Origin: Bdellovibrio sp. | GTDB lineage: Bacteria; Bdellovibrionota; Bdellovibrionia; Bdellovibrionales; Bdellovibrionaceae | Assembly (NCBI GenBank): GCA_036677065.1 | Contig: JAKFBS010000001.1 | Coordinates: 64,001 to 128,000, forward strand | Length of the DNA: 64,000 nt | Direction: 5' to 3' | Part shown: positions 28,585 through 40,100 of the stretch, piece after piece | How the letters are laid out: every line of letters starts with the position of its first letter | How positions within the stretch are numbered: the first letter of the stretch is position 1 | Made by a program: the position numbers and the translations under genes | Notes under the pieces: model-generated | Seen by the model: only the letters and a program-made list of their open reading frames with translations | What the model was told of the DNA's origin: nothing | Database searches by the model: none

Positions 28585-29739
28585 ATGAAAAATTTCACTC
28601 TGTTTTTTGTCTCATTTTGGATCGGTCTTTCGGCCTATGCAGATTGCGATAGTTTTCTTCAATTACCCCAAGAAGATGCGCGCAAAGCCAGCCTTTATAA
28701 GCGCGATTGCGATATTCAAGATCGCTATCAAAAATTACAAACTTATTTTAGTTCTGAGGGCATCAATGTCGCAGAACTTGCAGAATATCGCCTATTACGT
28801 TTTGTCGACCGTAATAGTTATGAATCAGCTAAAAAAACTGCAATGCCGCCATCACAAATTTATAAACCGGCACCAACCACATGGGAAGTCTGGGATTCTG
28901 GGATCAGAGCCCTTTTTGCTGATGATACTCAGGTAGTCGCACTTCTTTTAAGATCGGGTGGTTTTAATTCTTCAGAAAAGGGTTATGAAAATTTAAATTT
29001 TACGATGATCAATGGCGCTTTATTAAAAAATGAAAATGGCGATATCAGCCGCGATTATTTATCTGGAATCAGACGTCGCGAATCAAAACCTGGAACCTAT
29101 CGCCAAGCCGGCGATGCACAAGTTGGTTGGACCGCGGCGATTCCTGACTGCAAAGATAAAGTAACTTGCGCGCAAAATTCTATGTTTAAAGCCCAACAAA
29201 ATTGGGAAGTCGAATACGGAATGAATTTTAATGAGGTTGTCAGAGAATGGAATGGCCAAAAGCCAAATGCTGCAACTCTTACCGTGCCGATGACTGTTAC
29301 GCCCGCCGCAGATGCAGGAAAATTTTACGTGGTTTACGCGCCAAGCGATCTCGTACCAGCACAAATTTCTTGGTTAGATATTTTTGTTAAAGCTACCCTT
29401 GCACGTTACCGTGCGAATCAACCACTTATGCCGCCGATTGAATTTTCTGCACTCGTGCAAAAGTGGTTGGTTACAATTCACCCATTTTCAGATGGCAATG
29501 GCAGAACTTCACGCGCAGTGCAGGATTTTATCTTAGGCACATTTAAAATGCCTTATGCACCAGGTGGTGATTTACAAAACGACACTTTAGAAGACTTCGA
29601 TAAATACGTAGATCTTACTTATGATCGTATGGAAAATATGGTTTTAAAACTTGAAGCTTGTGCAGAAGAGTACCGCCAAAAACAAAAACCGTCCTACGGA
29701 TGTAGAACGGTTAAAAGTATGGAAACTATAACTAACTAA
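28585..29739 (+). CDS. Fic-domain protein with N-terminal Sec signal peptide
   Basis: HPFSDGNGRTSR canonical Fic motif; MKNFTLFFVSFWIGLSAYA signal; GGGAG RBS. Confidence 0.88.
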   Translation: MKNFTLFFVSFWIGLSAYADCDSFLQLPQEDARKASLYKRDCDIQDRYQKLQTYFSSEGINVAELAEYRLLRFVDRNSYESAKKTAMPPSQIYKPAPTTWEVWDSGIRALFADDTQVVALLLRSGGFNSSEKGYENLNFTMINGALLKNENGDISRDYLSGIRRRESKPGTYRQAGDAQVGWTAAIPDCKDKVTCAQNSMFKAQQNWEVEYGMNFNEVVREWNGQKPNAATLTVPMTVTPAADAGKFYVVYAPSDLVPAQISWLDIFVKATLARYRANQPLMPPIEFSALVQKWLVTIHPFSDGNGRTSRAVQDFILGTFKMPYAPGGDLQNDTLEDFDKYVDLTYDRMENMVLKLEACAEEYRQKQKPSYGCRTVKSMETITN

Positions 29740-29742
29740 AAA

Positions 29743-31203
29743 CTAACCTAAGCTTTTTTCAACAAGGTCAAACAATGGGCCCGAAAATAAGCCGATCGCG
29801 ATAATTAAAAATGCACACACAAACACAAGAACTGTTGTTGCATGTAAAGAGTGGTCGGCAACATCTGCATCGCCGTCTTTCATGTACATAACAACGATTG
29901 GGCGTAAGTAGTAATAAACGCTGATCACAGAGTTAATTACACCCCATAAAGCTAACCACACTAAACCTTCGTTTACAGCAGCGCTAAATAAATAGAACTT
30001 ACCAAAAAATCCTAATGTCGGTGGCAGACCTGCAAGCGATAACATAAATATTGTTAAACACATAGCTAAGGCTGGTTGTTTTTTTGCAAAACCTGCTAAG
30101 TCATCTATGCCGATAACAGAGTTTTCAGAGCGTTCAACAAGGCTTACGATCGCAAAAGCACCCATCGTCATAATGCTATAAGCAAATAAATAGAACATTA
30201 CACTTGATGCGCTATAAGCTGAATTCTGACTGATACCCGCCGTGATTAGACCAACTAAGATATAACCAGAATGAGCTACTGAAGAATAAGCTAAAGTGCG
30301 TTTCAAATTATTTTGCATAATCGCCGCTACGTTACCTACCGTCATGGTAATTACGGCTAGCCATTGCATAACATCAAATAAATTTTGCGAACCTACTAAT
30401 GGTTGTGTCGCGATTATACGTAAAAAAGCCGCAAACGAAACAGCTTTTACTGCGGTCGCCATAAAAGAAGTTACTGGCGTTGGAGCACCTTGATAAACAT
30501 CTGGAGCCCAGGCATGAAACGGAGCAATTGAAACTTTAAAACAAAATCCCAAGATCACAAAGACGATACCAAATAAGAATAATTTATTTGTTTTAACTAG
30601 TGTCGCGGCACTTTGCATGAAATCAGTAATATTTACTGACCCAGAACTTCCGAACACGAAAGATACTCCATATAAGAAAATCGCCGATGCAAAAGACCCT
30701 AATACGAAATACTTAATCGCAGCTTCTTTTGAGATTTTTTGTTCGTGCGACATCGCAATCATCAAGTATAGGGCTAACGACATTAGCTCTAGACCGATAA
30801 ACACCGTGATCAGATTCACGGCCGCAACTAAGATAATCATTCCAAGCACAGAATTAAGTGCTAAGAAAATTAATTCAGAAAACTGTTTACCGCGTGTTGA
30901 TGGATTTTCGTACATCATGATAAGGCCGCCGGCCGAAGCCACGATCGCAAGTAATGCTGACCACTGAGTTAAGCCATCAAATAATAATTGATTATTAAAT
31001 GCCGTTTTATCAGAACCACCAAATACTAATAATAAACCCGCTGTTAAACCCAGGCCGATTAAAGCAATAACGATTGTAGCTGCTGGATTTTGCTCTTTAT
31101 TGCCACGTAAAACTTTAATCGCTAGCGGGATTAAGCTGAACAAAAACAAAACGATCAACGGAGAGGCTAATAAAACATCTGTAAGACCAACTGTAATATT
31201 CAT
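29743..31203 (-). CDS. nuoN: NADH-quinone oxidoreductase subunit N
   Basis: EAAIKYFVLG, FKVSIAPFHAWAPDVYQGAPTP, KRTLAYSSVAH. Confidence 0.95.
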   Translation of the reverse strand: MNITVGLTDVLLASPLIVLFLFSLIPLAIKVLRGNKEQNPAATIVIALIGLGLTAGLLLVFGGSDKTAFNNQLLFDGLTQWSALLAIVASAGGLIMMYENPSTRGKQFSELIFLALNSVLGMIILVAAVNLITVFIGLELMSLALYLMIAMSHEQKISKEAAIKYFVLGSFASAIFLYGVSFVFGSSGSVNITDFMQSAATLVKTNKLFLFGIVFVILGFCFKVSIAPFHAWAPDVYQGAPTPVTSFMATAVKAVSFAAFLRIIATQPLVGSQNLFDVMQWLAVITMTVGNVAAIMQNNLKRTLAYSSVAHSGYILVGLITAGISQNSAYSASSVMFYLFAYSIMTMGAFAIVSLVERSENSVIGIDDLAGFAKKQPALAMCLTIFMLSLAGLPPTLGFFGKFYLFSAAVNEGLVWLALWGVINSVISVYYYLRPIVVMYMKDGDADVADHSLHATTVLVFVCAFLIIAIGLFSGPLFDLVEKSLG

Positions 31204-31205
31204 AA

Positions 31206-32732
31206 CTATTTCACCTCAAGAGTGTAGTTGTGTTTGTTAGAGATTAAATGATCCACGCTCTTTTTTGAATAATCCATAAAGTGATTCGGAAAGATCCCCA
31301 TCCAAAAAATTAAAATAATCAGCGGAGTCATCACAACCCATTCACGTACACTTAAATCATGTAATGCATGTTCTTTATCTTCTTCGGCGTGGGTTACGAT
31401 TTCACCTTTTGGCCCGAAGAATACACGTTTAACCATCCATAACATGTACGCCGCACCCAAGATCACGCCCGTTACAGAAATACCTGCAGCCAGCGGTGAA
31501 TATTGGTACGTACCCATTAAGATTAAAAATTCACCGATGAAACCATTCGTTAACGGAACCGCGATTGAAGACATCGTGACGATCACAAACATAATTGTGA
31601 AAATCGGAAGTGCGCTGGCTAAACCGCCGTATTTAACGATCATACGAGAATGTGTGCGCTCATAAATCATACCGATTAACAAGAATAGTGCGCCTGTAGA
31701 AATACCGTGATTTAGCATTTGGTATAAAGCACCGTTTACACCGTATTGATTCATCACGAAGATTCCTAAGATCACATAACCCATGTGCGATACTGAAGAA
31801 TACGCCACAAGTTTTTTCACATCAGGTTGTACCATCGCAACAAGAGCGCCGTATACGATACCGATCACACCAAGAGCTACGAAAAACCAGGCATAGTATT
31901 CTGCCGCCTCAGGAAACAGCGGAATCACCCAGCGCAAGTAACAGAATGTACCCATTTTTAACATCACACCCGCAAGAACCACCGAACCAGGAGTTGGCGC
32001 CTCAACGTGGGCATCAGGTAACCAAGTGTGTAATGGAAATAGTGGAACTTTAATCGCAAATGCTAATGCAAAAGCAAAGAACAATAACGTTTGTGCGGTG
32101 AAAAAATCACCGGCCACAAATGGAATTTGTAATTTATAGAAATCAAGTAAGCTAGCACTTACTGCTCCGCCCGTTACTTCTGGAGTTAAGCGCATTAAAA
32201 AGATAATCGCTAATAACATCAGAACAGATCCGGCCATCGTGTAGATGAAAAACTTGATCGTTGCATAAATTCTGCGAGCGCCGCCCCAGATGCCGACGAT
32301 AAAGTACATCGGAACCAGCGATAATTCCCAGAACACATAGAATAAAACCGCATCCATCGCTAAGAAAGATCCCATCATCGCCGTTTGTAGAACAAAAAGC
32401 GCAACGTGAAAGCCTTTAACTCTGTCTGTGATTGAATTCCAAGATCCTAAAATAATGATCGGGGTTAAAAACGTCGTTAGCATAATTAACATTAAACTAA
32501 TGCCATCAATCCCGATAAAATATGAAATCCCGAAACGTGGAACCCAAGCGTATTGCTCAGCCATTTGCAGAGCTGCAGAAGCTTGGTCGAAGTCTTTAAG
32601 AACCACAAGTGAGGCTAAAAATTCGATTAACGATAAGCCCAAAGCCAGTTGGCGAATTGTGGTTTTTTGCGGCCACACGGTCAGAATCACCGCAAAAACT
32701 AAAGGTAAAAATAAAACAACTGATAACAACAT
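31206..32732 (-). CDS. nuoM: NADH-quinone oxidoreductase subunit M
   Basis: FYVFWE, KVPLFPLHTWLPDAHVEAPT, KKLVAYSSVSHMG. Confidence 0.95.
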   Translation of the reverse strand: MLLSVVLFLPLVFAVILTVWPQKTTIRQLALGLSLIEFLASLVVLKDFDQASAALQMAEQYAWVPRFGISYFIGIDGISLMLIMLTTFLTPIIILGSWNSITDRVKGFHVALFVLQTAMMGSFLAMDAVLFYVFWELSLVPMYFIVGIWGGARRIYATIKFFIYTMAGSVLMLLAIIFLMRLTPEVTGGAVSASLLDFYKLQIPFVAGDFFTAQTLLFFAFALAFAIKVPLFPLHTWLPDAHVEAPTPGSVVLAGVMLKMGTFCYLRWVIPLFPEAAEYYAWFFVALGVIGIVYGALVAMVQPDVKKLVAYSSVSHMGYVILGIFVMNQYGVNGALYQMLNHGISTGALFLLIGMIYERTHSRMIVKYGGLASALPIFTIMFVIVTMSSIAVPLTNGFIGEFLILMGTYQYSPLAAGISVTGVILGAAYMLWMVKRVFFGPKGEIVTHAEEDKEHALHDLSVREWVVMTPLIILIFWMGIFPNHFMDYSKKSVDHLISNKHNYTLEVK

Positions 32733-32735
32733 CGA

Positions 32736-34670
32736 CTACCTCATCAACACAAATGTTAGAACGACAACGACACCTAATCCGATGTACATCGCGTATTGTT
32801 GCATGTTTCCAGTTTGAAAAGAGCGAGCTAGCGAGCCCGCACCTTTTGTCATATCGCTGATCACATGAGTTGTCTTATCGATGAAATTCACATCGATATA
32901 CATCCATAAATTCTGACTTTGCTTAACTAGTGGATTAATGATCCCGGCAAAGTAAGCCTCATCAACAAAATATTTATTGTTCACAAAGTTGTACACAGGA
33001 CCAAAAGCTTTTGCGATTTGTTCGTTAGTGCCTTTGTTATTTGTGTAAATACGGTAAGCCGTGAATGCAGAAATTAAAGCTAAGCTTACTGACGTCGCCA
33101 TTAAACCCCACTCTTCAGCTGCCGTGTGCGGTGCTCCCGTTTCAGGAAGTTTGCGAATTAAAGGGTCTAACCAGTCAGCCCAGTAATTTGGAATGTGTCC
33201 TAAATACTCGCCGATCACATGTGGAACACCAATGAATCCACCAATAACAGATAAAATAGCTAAGATAATTAATGGAATCGTCATGATCGCAGGGCTTTCA
33301 TGTGGATGAACCGATTTAGGAACTCTTGAGCTACCCCAGAAAGTTAACGCCATTAAACGAGTCATGTAGAACGCAGTTAATAACGCTCCCGCAACGCCAG
33401 CGATCCATAAGAAAACGCTCCCGCGCGGAGAAGCGTAAGCCTGCCATAAGATTTCATCTTTAGAAAAGAAACCTGAAAACAATGGAAACCCGATAATCGC
33501 AAGCCATCCCATTAAGAATGTAAAATGCGTGATCGGTAAGTATTTTTTTAGGCCGCCCATTTTGCGAATGTCTTGCTCTTCGTGCATCGCATGGATCACT
33601 GAACCAGAGCCCAAGAACATTAAAGCTTTAAAAAATGCGTGAGTCATTAAATGCATCATGCCTGCGCCGAACGCGCCAACCCCGACAGCTAAGAACATAT
33701 AACCAAGCTGAGATACTGTTGAGTAAGCTAATACTTTTTTAATATCAAACTGAGTTAAACCAATTGTTGCAGCCATTACCGCCGTCACCGCACCAATAAT
33801 TGCAATCACCATCATTGTGTTTGGTGCAGCTACGAACATTGGATTCAAACGCACGATCATGTAAACACCCGCAGTAACCATCGTTGCCGCATGGATTAAT
33901 GCAGATACCGGCGTTGGACCCGCCATTGCATCAGGTAACCAAACATAAAGTGGAACCTGCGCTGATTTTCCCGTCGCGCCGATGAATAACATGAGTGTTC
34001 CTAGGGTGGCTGCGCCCATCCAGCTCGCTTCAACAGTCGTTGGAGCTAAAGCGTTTAATTCAAACATATTTAATGTGCCGAATGAAAAGAACAAAATAAA
34101 CATACCGATAATGAAAGCCGCATCACCAATACGATTTGTGATGAAGGCTTTCATGCCGGCTGCAGCTTTGGCAGAATCAGAGAACCAAAACCCGATTAGC
34201 AAGTAAGAACAAAGCCCTACGCCTTCCCAGCCCACAAACATTGTTAATAATGAATCACCTAATACCAGGATTAACATGTTGAAGATAAAAAGATTTAAAT
34301 ACGCAAAGTATTTTGTAACACCTTTATCGTGGTGCATGTAACCAATCGAAAATAAGTGAATCAACGAACCGACGCCCGTAATGATTAAAATCATAATCGA
34401 GCTGATCTGATCGACGACAAAGCCAGCGTTAACTTTAAAACCGCCAACCGCGATCCATTCAAAAAAGTTAGCAGCCAATCGTCTTTGATCTACTGGTGCG
34501 TTGATCAAATCAATCATCAACATCACAGAACAGATAAAAGACACAAACACAGCGCCCGTGGCAATTGATCCGGCTAAAACATAGTTAGACGAACGAAAGC
34601 GAACTCCGTTTAAAATAAATCCCACCAAAGGGCTTAATAATAATATTGCAATCAATGCTTCATGACTCAT
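32736..34670 (-). CDS. nuoL: NADH-quinone oxidoreductase subunit L
   Basis: GWEGVGLCSY, KSAQVPLYVWLPDAMAGPTPVSALIHAATMV, HAFFKA. Confidence 0.96.
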   Translation of the reverse strand: MSHEALIAILLLSPLVGFILNGVRFRSSNYVLAGSIATGAVFVSFICSVMLMIDLINAPVDQRRLAANFFEWIAVGGFKVNAGFVVDQISSIMILIITGVGSLIHLFSIGYMHHDKGVTKYFAYLNLFIFNMLILVLGDSLLTMFVGWEGVGLCSYLLIGFWFSDSAKAAAGMKAFITNRIGDAAFIIGMFILFFSFGTLNMFELNALAPTTVEASWMGAATLGTLMLFIGATGKSAQVPLYVWLPDAMAGPTPVSALIHAATMVTAGVYMIVRLNPMFVAAPNTMMVIAIIGAVTAVMAATIGLTQFDIKKVLAYSTVSQLGYMFLAVGVGAFGAGMMHLMTHAFFKALMFLGSGSVIHAMHEEQDIRKMGGLKKYLPITHFTFLMGWLAIIGFPLFSGFFSKDEILWQAYASPRGSVFLWIAGVAGALLTAFYMTRLMALTFWGSSRVPKSVHPHESPAIMTIPLIILAILSVIGGFIGVPHVIGEYLGHIPNYWADWLDPLIRKLPETGAPHTAAEEWGLMATSVSLALISAFTAYRIYTNNKGTNEQIAKAFGPVYNFVNNKYFVDEAYFAGIINPLVKQSQNLWMYIDVNFIDKTTHVISDMTKGAGSLARSFQTGNMQQYAMYIGLGVVVVLTFVLMR

Positions 34671-34676
34671 TTTAAA

Positions 34677-35003
34677 TTACCCCTTCAAGTGTTCAAAGAA
34701 TCTGATATTAACTTCTTTGAAGCGTTTAAAGATTGATACCGCTAATGCTAGGCCTACCGCCGCTTCAGCCGCCGCGATTGTCATTACAAAGAAAACCATA
34801 ATTTGGCCTTCGATGTTGTTGTTGTATTTTGAAAACGCCACAAAACTGATGTTTACGGCATTCAACATTAATTCAACTGACATTAATAAAACGATCAAGT
34901 TACGACGAAGTAATACGCCCGCCATACCCATAGAAAAAATAACCGCTGATAACACTAAGTAGTGTTCAAGACCGATTGTTGTGAAAATATTAGTCTCTGG
35001 CAT
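34677..35003 (-). CDS. nuoK: NADH-quinone oxidoreductase subunit K
   Basis: [16 protein letters not shown] and [10 protein letters not shown] motifs. Confidence 0.95.
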   Translation of the reverse strand: MPETNIFTTIGLEHYLVLSAVIFSMGMAGVLLRRNLIVLLMSVELMLNAVNISFVAFSKYNNNIEGQIMVFFVMTIAAAEAAVGLALAVSIFKRFKEVNIRFFEHLKG

Positions 35004-35532
35004 GTGTGCCCCCTCTGCTGCGTGATAGCGCTACAGTTCCAACTGCAATTACTAAAAGTAAAACGCCCAAAGCTTCAAAGCCAAAAACGTTTTGTAAAAA
35101 TAAGTTTTGTGCTAACGCCATCGTGTTGTCGGCGTAAGTTTTTCCGGTATTCGCATCCACTTGCGTTTTTTGCGATAACTCAATCGCCTTGGTGCTTAGC
35201 GTGATTGCACCAACAACTAATCCTGCTAAAATTCCGACTGAAGCAATCTTAACTGCTCCGGTAATTTTACCGCGCGTGAACGCCTGGATTTCGTGTTTCA
35301 AATCGAAAAGCATGATGACCATGACGAATAAAACCATCACCGCACCAGCATAAACGATCAATTGCACGCCCGCTAAAAAGAAAGCGCCTAAAGTTACAAA
35401 CAAAGCCGATACGCCCACCATCGTCATCGCCAGCGAAAGCGCTGAATAGATCGGGTTAGACATCAGAACTACAGATAGCCCCGCACCAACAGTTACAAAA
35501 GCTAAAAACCAAAACAAGATTGCATCAGTCAC
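34990..35532 (-). CDS. nuoJ: NADH-quinone oxidoreductase subunit J
   Basis: NPIYSAL and [13 protein letters not shown] motifs. Confidence 0.95.
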   Translation of the reverse strand: MTDAILFWFLAFVTVGAGLSVVLMSNPIYSALSLAMTMVGVSALFVTLGAFFLAGVQLIVYAGAVMVLFVMVIMLFDLKHEIQAFTRGKITGAVKIASVGILAGLVVGAITLSTKAIELSQKTQVDANTGKTYADNTMALAQNLFLQNVFGFEALGVLLLVIAVGTVALSRSRGGTHARD

Positions 35533-35546
35533 AAATTCCTACTTTC

Positions 35547-36683
35547 TTAGAACGCAAATTGCGCCGCTGCGAAAATTACAATTGAAGTTAAAATCGTGTT
35601 AGCCAACGCCCACGGAAGCATGGTTTTCCAACCAAGATCCATTAGCTGGTCATATCTAAAACGCGGAAGAGTCCAACGAACATGGATGAAGATCCAAAGC
35701 AGAATTAAGAATTTAACATTGTACATCAAGAAGTGAAGTACCGTGTTTAAAATATTCGTTAAATCAGCAGAGAAACCAAAAGAGGCTAACCAGTCATGAA
35801 CGCCCTGAACTGTTGTCCACGGAATGTTGTAACCACCTAAAAAGAAAGTCGCAAACAAACCAGAAGCAATCATCATGTGACCGTACTCACCGATGAAGAA
35901 CATTAACATTTTAAAACCGCCGTACTCAGTGTGGAATCCGGCAACTAACTCTGCTTCGCCTTCGGCTAAGTCGAAAGGCAAACGATTGGATTCAGCAAAA
36001 GCTGCGGCAAAGAAAATTAAAGCGCCAAGCGGTTGAAAGAAAATTCCCCAGTTAGGTAGCGGCATTGTTAAGGTGCTGCCAAATCCGTTGAATGTTAAAA
36101 AACCTTGTTGCTGGGCTATCATATCACTTAGGTTAAATGTTCCGTAAGTCATGATCACGCCAACGATCGAAAGACCAAGCGCTAATTCGTAAGAAATAAT
36201 TTGAGCTGATGCGCGCATCGCTCCCATTAATGCAAACTTACTTCCCGAACCCCAGCCTGCCATCAAAATAGTGTAAGCCGCTAACGACGAAACACCCAAA
36301 ATGAAAACGATACCTACGTTAACTTCAAAGCCTTGAATTAAAAATTTTGAATCACCGATAATTAGTGGTGTCGACATTGGAATTGCCATGTAGGCAATTG
36401 AAGCCGGAATTAAAGCAAAAATCGGAGCCGCATAGAATAAATATTTATTACCTTTATCTGGTACAAAATCTTCTTTAGTTAAGAATTTCACAGCATCGGC
36501 AAGAAGCTGCATTAAACCCAAAGGCCCGATACGATTTGGACCAAAACGATTTTGAATAAATGCCGATCCACGACGCTCAACCCAAACTAAAATTGGAACA
36601 AGCTGAACCATCATTAAGAAAACTAAAATAGTTTTCACGACGTTGATTGTAATTTCAAAAGGAGTACTTCCCATATCCATCAT
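35547..36683 (-). CDS. nuoH: NADH-quinone oxidoreductase subunit H
   Basis: ERR..AFIQNRFGPNR, ISYE, NRLPFDLAEGEAELVAG, PRFRYDQLM. Confidence 0.96.
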   Translation of the reverse strand: MMDMGSTPFEITINVVKTILVFLMMVQLVPILVWVERRGSAFIQNRFGPNRIGPLGLMQLLADAVKFLTKEDFVPDKGNKYLFYAAPIFALIPASIAYMAIPMSTPLIIGDSKFLIQGFEVNVGIVFILGVSSLAAYTILMAGWGSGSKFALMGAMRASAQIISYELALGLSIVGVIMTYGTFNLSDMIAQQQGFLTFNGFGSTLTMPLPNWGIFFQPLGALIFFAAAFAESNRLPFDLAEGEAELVAGFHTEYGGFKMLMFFIGEYGHMMIASGLFATFFLGGYNIPWTTVQGVHDWLASFGFSADLTNILNTVLHFLMYNVKFLILLWIFIHVRWTLPRFRYDQLMDLGWKTMLPWALANTILTSIVIFAAAQFAF

Positions 36684-36696
36684 AAATTAGTTTCCT

Positions 36697-37068
36697 TTAG
36701 TCCCACTCAAGAGCTTTAGATTTGATTTCCCACCATAGACCAAAAATGAAAATCGCTAAGAAGATTGCCATTGATCCAAAAACAAAAGGCCCGGCGCCCG
36801 AGTGAATAAACTCTTTGAAACCAACTGCCCATGGGTACATAAAAATAATTTCGATATCGAACAGAATGAACAAGATCGCCGTTAAGTAGAACTTAACAGA
36901 AATTTTAGTATCCTTTTTTTCTTGTTCCGGAATACCACATTCGTAGATTTCCATTTTAGCTTCGCTAGTGCGCTTTGCGCGGCCACCCGTCCAACGTGCT
37001 AGGTAAATTAAAATTACCCCAAACACACCGATGAAAAGCGTGATAAAAATGATCCCACCTAAAGGCAT
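36697..37068 (-). CDS. nuoA: NADH-quinone oxidoreductase subunit A
   Basis: YECG, FYLTAILFILFDIE, ALEWD; AGGAGG RBS. Confidence 0.95.
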   Translation of the reverse strand: MPLGGIIFITLFIGVFGVILIYLARWTGGRAKRTSEAKMEIYECGIPEQEKKDTKISVKFYLTAILFILFDIEIIFMYPWAVGFKEFIHSGAGPFVFGSMAIFLAIFIFGLWWEIKSKALEWD

Positions 37069-37135
37069 CTTGCCTCCTTATTTTAATGAATAGTTTTAAC
37101 TACTTAGTTATACAAAGCGTTCAGTTAAAAACCAA

Positions 37136-40100
37136 ATGAAAAAGCTCAGATTTGGACTGCCAAATTATTGTTTCGCGAATGGCTTTTCGTGGATGACGAA
37201 AGAATATTTTTTTGGCAACATCCAAAAAGTTTTTAGGAAAACCAACGAAGTGAATAGTCAGTATCAACTGCGTTTAGAAGAAATTATTCTTCGCGCGGCC
37301 AACAAAAAAAAAGAATTGTTTAATATTGTCGGCACTCAGTCGTCGGCAGCTATTTCTTTTTTGTTGTCACAACATTTTTCTATACATTTCAATGGCTTGC
37401 CGACGCTTGTCGTAGTTTCAAGTTTAGATGATGCCGAACTTTTTGCTAAGCAAATGAGCTTTTTTTCTAATGAATATCGCTGCCATATCTTAAAACATTT
37501 TGATGTTCAGCCGTATTCAGGTCTTTATCCATCGCCCTCGGCCTCGTGGGATCGTTCAAAATTTTTGTATTGGGCTAACCAACCAAACGCTGAAAAAAAC
37601 AACATCTTTATTGCGCCTATCTCGGCCCTTCAACAAAAGTCAGCTCCGTTTAGTCAATTCAACAAACGCTGTCGTGCTATTAAATCTGGCGACGAATTGC
37701 CAACAAACTTAGCCGAATATTTTCATGATTTAGGTTATCAGCCAGCGCCGGTGGTTGAAGATCGCGGGCAATACAGTATCCGCGGCGGTATTGTAGATAT
37801 CTTTTCAGTGGCCGAAGAAAAACCTATCCGTTTAGAACTTTTCGGCGATCAAGTTGAAACCCTAAGATATTTTTCTCATATTTCACAATTAAGCGAAGAT
37901 GTTACGAAGATTTTAAATTTAGCGCCGGTGTTTGAATATGAACTTGATGACGACAATTTAGAATCTGTTGTTAAAAAATTTCGCAAACAATTAGAAGGCC
38001 GTCCTGTTGCACATGCCGAGCGCGATGAATTACTTCGCGAGCTAACACAAAAAACTTTGTTTCCCGGTGCTGAATATCTTTTGCCTTATAGTTATGATTC
38101 GTTGGTTTCACCGCTTGAGCATTTTTCTTCGGGGTTAAATGTGATCATGCTTGATCCTGTCGAAGTGGCCAGAAAAGCTGATGAATTCTATCAAGAAGTC
38201 GTTGCCGATTACCGCACAGCCGAAACCACATTATTTAAACCAGAGATTGAAGAATTATATTTTTCATTTGATAAAGTTGTTTATCCCGAAGGCTCGCAAA
38301 CAATTCAATTTTCTAATTTAGCTTTTTTAACTGACGAATCTTTCACTGAGGAGCGCATTGAATACAAATCAAGTCCGCTGACTGAGTTTACCCAATTGGC
38401 CCACAATAAAACCCCTGGATCTACCGAGTGGATTTCTGTGGCGGCACCAAAATTACAATTATGGCGCAAAGATAAATTTAAAATATTTATATCGTACAAA
38501 AATCAAACTCAACTTGATCGCTTAAAAAATTTATTAGATCGCTTAGAAGTTGGTTTTGAAGTCGCACCTAGCTCGGGTTCTGCAAGTTATGATTGGGATA
38601 AATGGTTAAGCTATTTAGATCAAGCCAATCAACCGGCCGTGTTAATTCCGCGCGATCTGGGCGAAACAGTCTTGTTACACGAAGAACAAATTATTTTCTT
38701 ACGCGCCGATGACTTTTTCGGACGCAAACAACGAGCAGCGGCACAAAGCTCTTACGAAGAATTTTCTAAGAATGCCAAACGTTTAAGTTTCGGAGATTTA
38801 AAACCTAATGATTTAGTCGTGCATGTAAAACATGGCGTCGGTATTTACGAGGGTTTGAAGCTGATGAATGTGGGCGGTATCGATTCTGAATTCATTCAGG
38901 TCGCTTACAAAGACAAAGATAAATTATATTTACCGGTTTACCGCGTTGGCCAATTACAAAAATTTTCTGGAGCTTCGCAAACGACGATCTTAGATAAACT
39001 CGGCGGCACTGGTTGGGAAAAAACCACCAGCAAAGTTAAAAAACATTTACGCGATATTGCCGCTGAATTATTACAGCTTTATGCCAAGCGCGCTGAAATC
39101 ACCCGCTTTCCTTTAATGTTGGATGAGGTGGCTTACGGTCAGTTCGAGCGAGCCTTTCCATACGATGAAACGGTTGATCAATTGCGGGCGATCAATGAAA
39201 TTCAAAAAGATTTTCACAGCGATCACCCAATGGATCGCTTAGTATGTGGCGACGTGGGCTTTGGCAAAACCGAAGTGTCTATGCGCGCGGCATTTCAAGC
39301 CGTGTCGAACAAAAAGCAAGTAGCCGTGCTGGCACCAACAACAGTATTAACGTTTCAGCATTTAGAGACATTCAAAAAACGTTTTGCAGGATTTAACTAC
39401 GAAATTAGATCTTTAAATCGATTTGTTTCTACGGCTGATCAGAAAAAAACTTTAGCTGAATTGAAAGACGGTAAAGTCGATATACTTATTGGTACGCACC
39501 GTTTATTTAGTAAAGATGTTGTCTATAAAGATTTGGGTTTATTAATTATTGATGAAGAACAAAAGTTCGGCGTATTGCATAAAGAAAAAATTAAAAAGTT
39601 TAAAACTACCGTTGATACGTTAACTTTATCGGCAACACCCATACCAAGAACTTTAAATATGAGCTTTACCGGCGTGCGCGACCTATCAATTATCAACACG
39701 CCGCCAGTAGATCGTTTGCCGACAAGAACATTTGTTTCGAAATTTGATACTGAACTTATTCGTAAAGGCATTACCGCTGAAATCGCCCGTGGCGGCCAGG
39801 TTTATTTTATTCATAATCGCGTGCAATCTATTTACGGCATCGCCGATGAATTACGCCAGATACTTCCAGATGCGCGGATGAAGGTGGCTCACGGCCAAAT
39901 GGCCGAAGAAGATCTTGAATCAGCCATGCTTGCTTTTTTTAATCACGAAATCGATGTTCTAATTTGCACTTCAATTGTTGAATCGGGAATGGATGTTCCG
40001 CGTGCCAACACCATGTTTATTGATCAAGCGCATATGTTTGGTCTATCGCAGCTTTATCAATTGCGTGGACGCGTAGGCCGCAGCAAGGCGCGCGCTTATT

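Noticed and set aside
27278..29739. Patatin plus Fic as a toxin-antitoxin or two-effector cassette
   Set aside because: The patatin has no export signal, there is a 110-bp gap, and no immunity gene or mobility signature is present; linkage unsupported.
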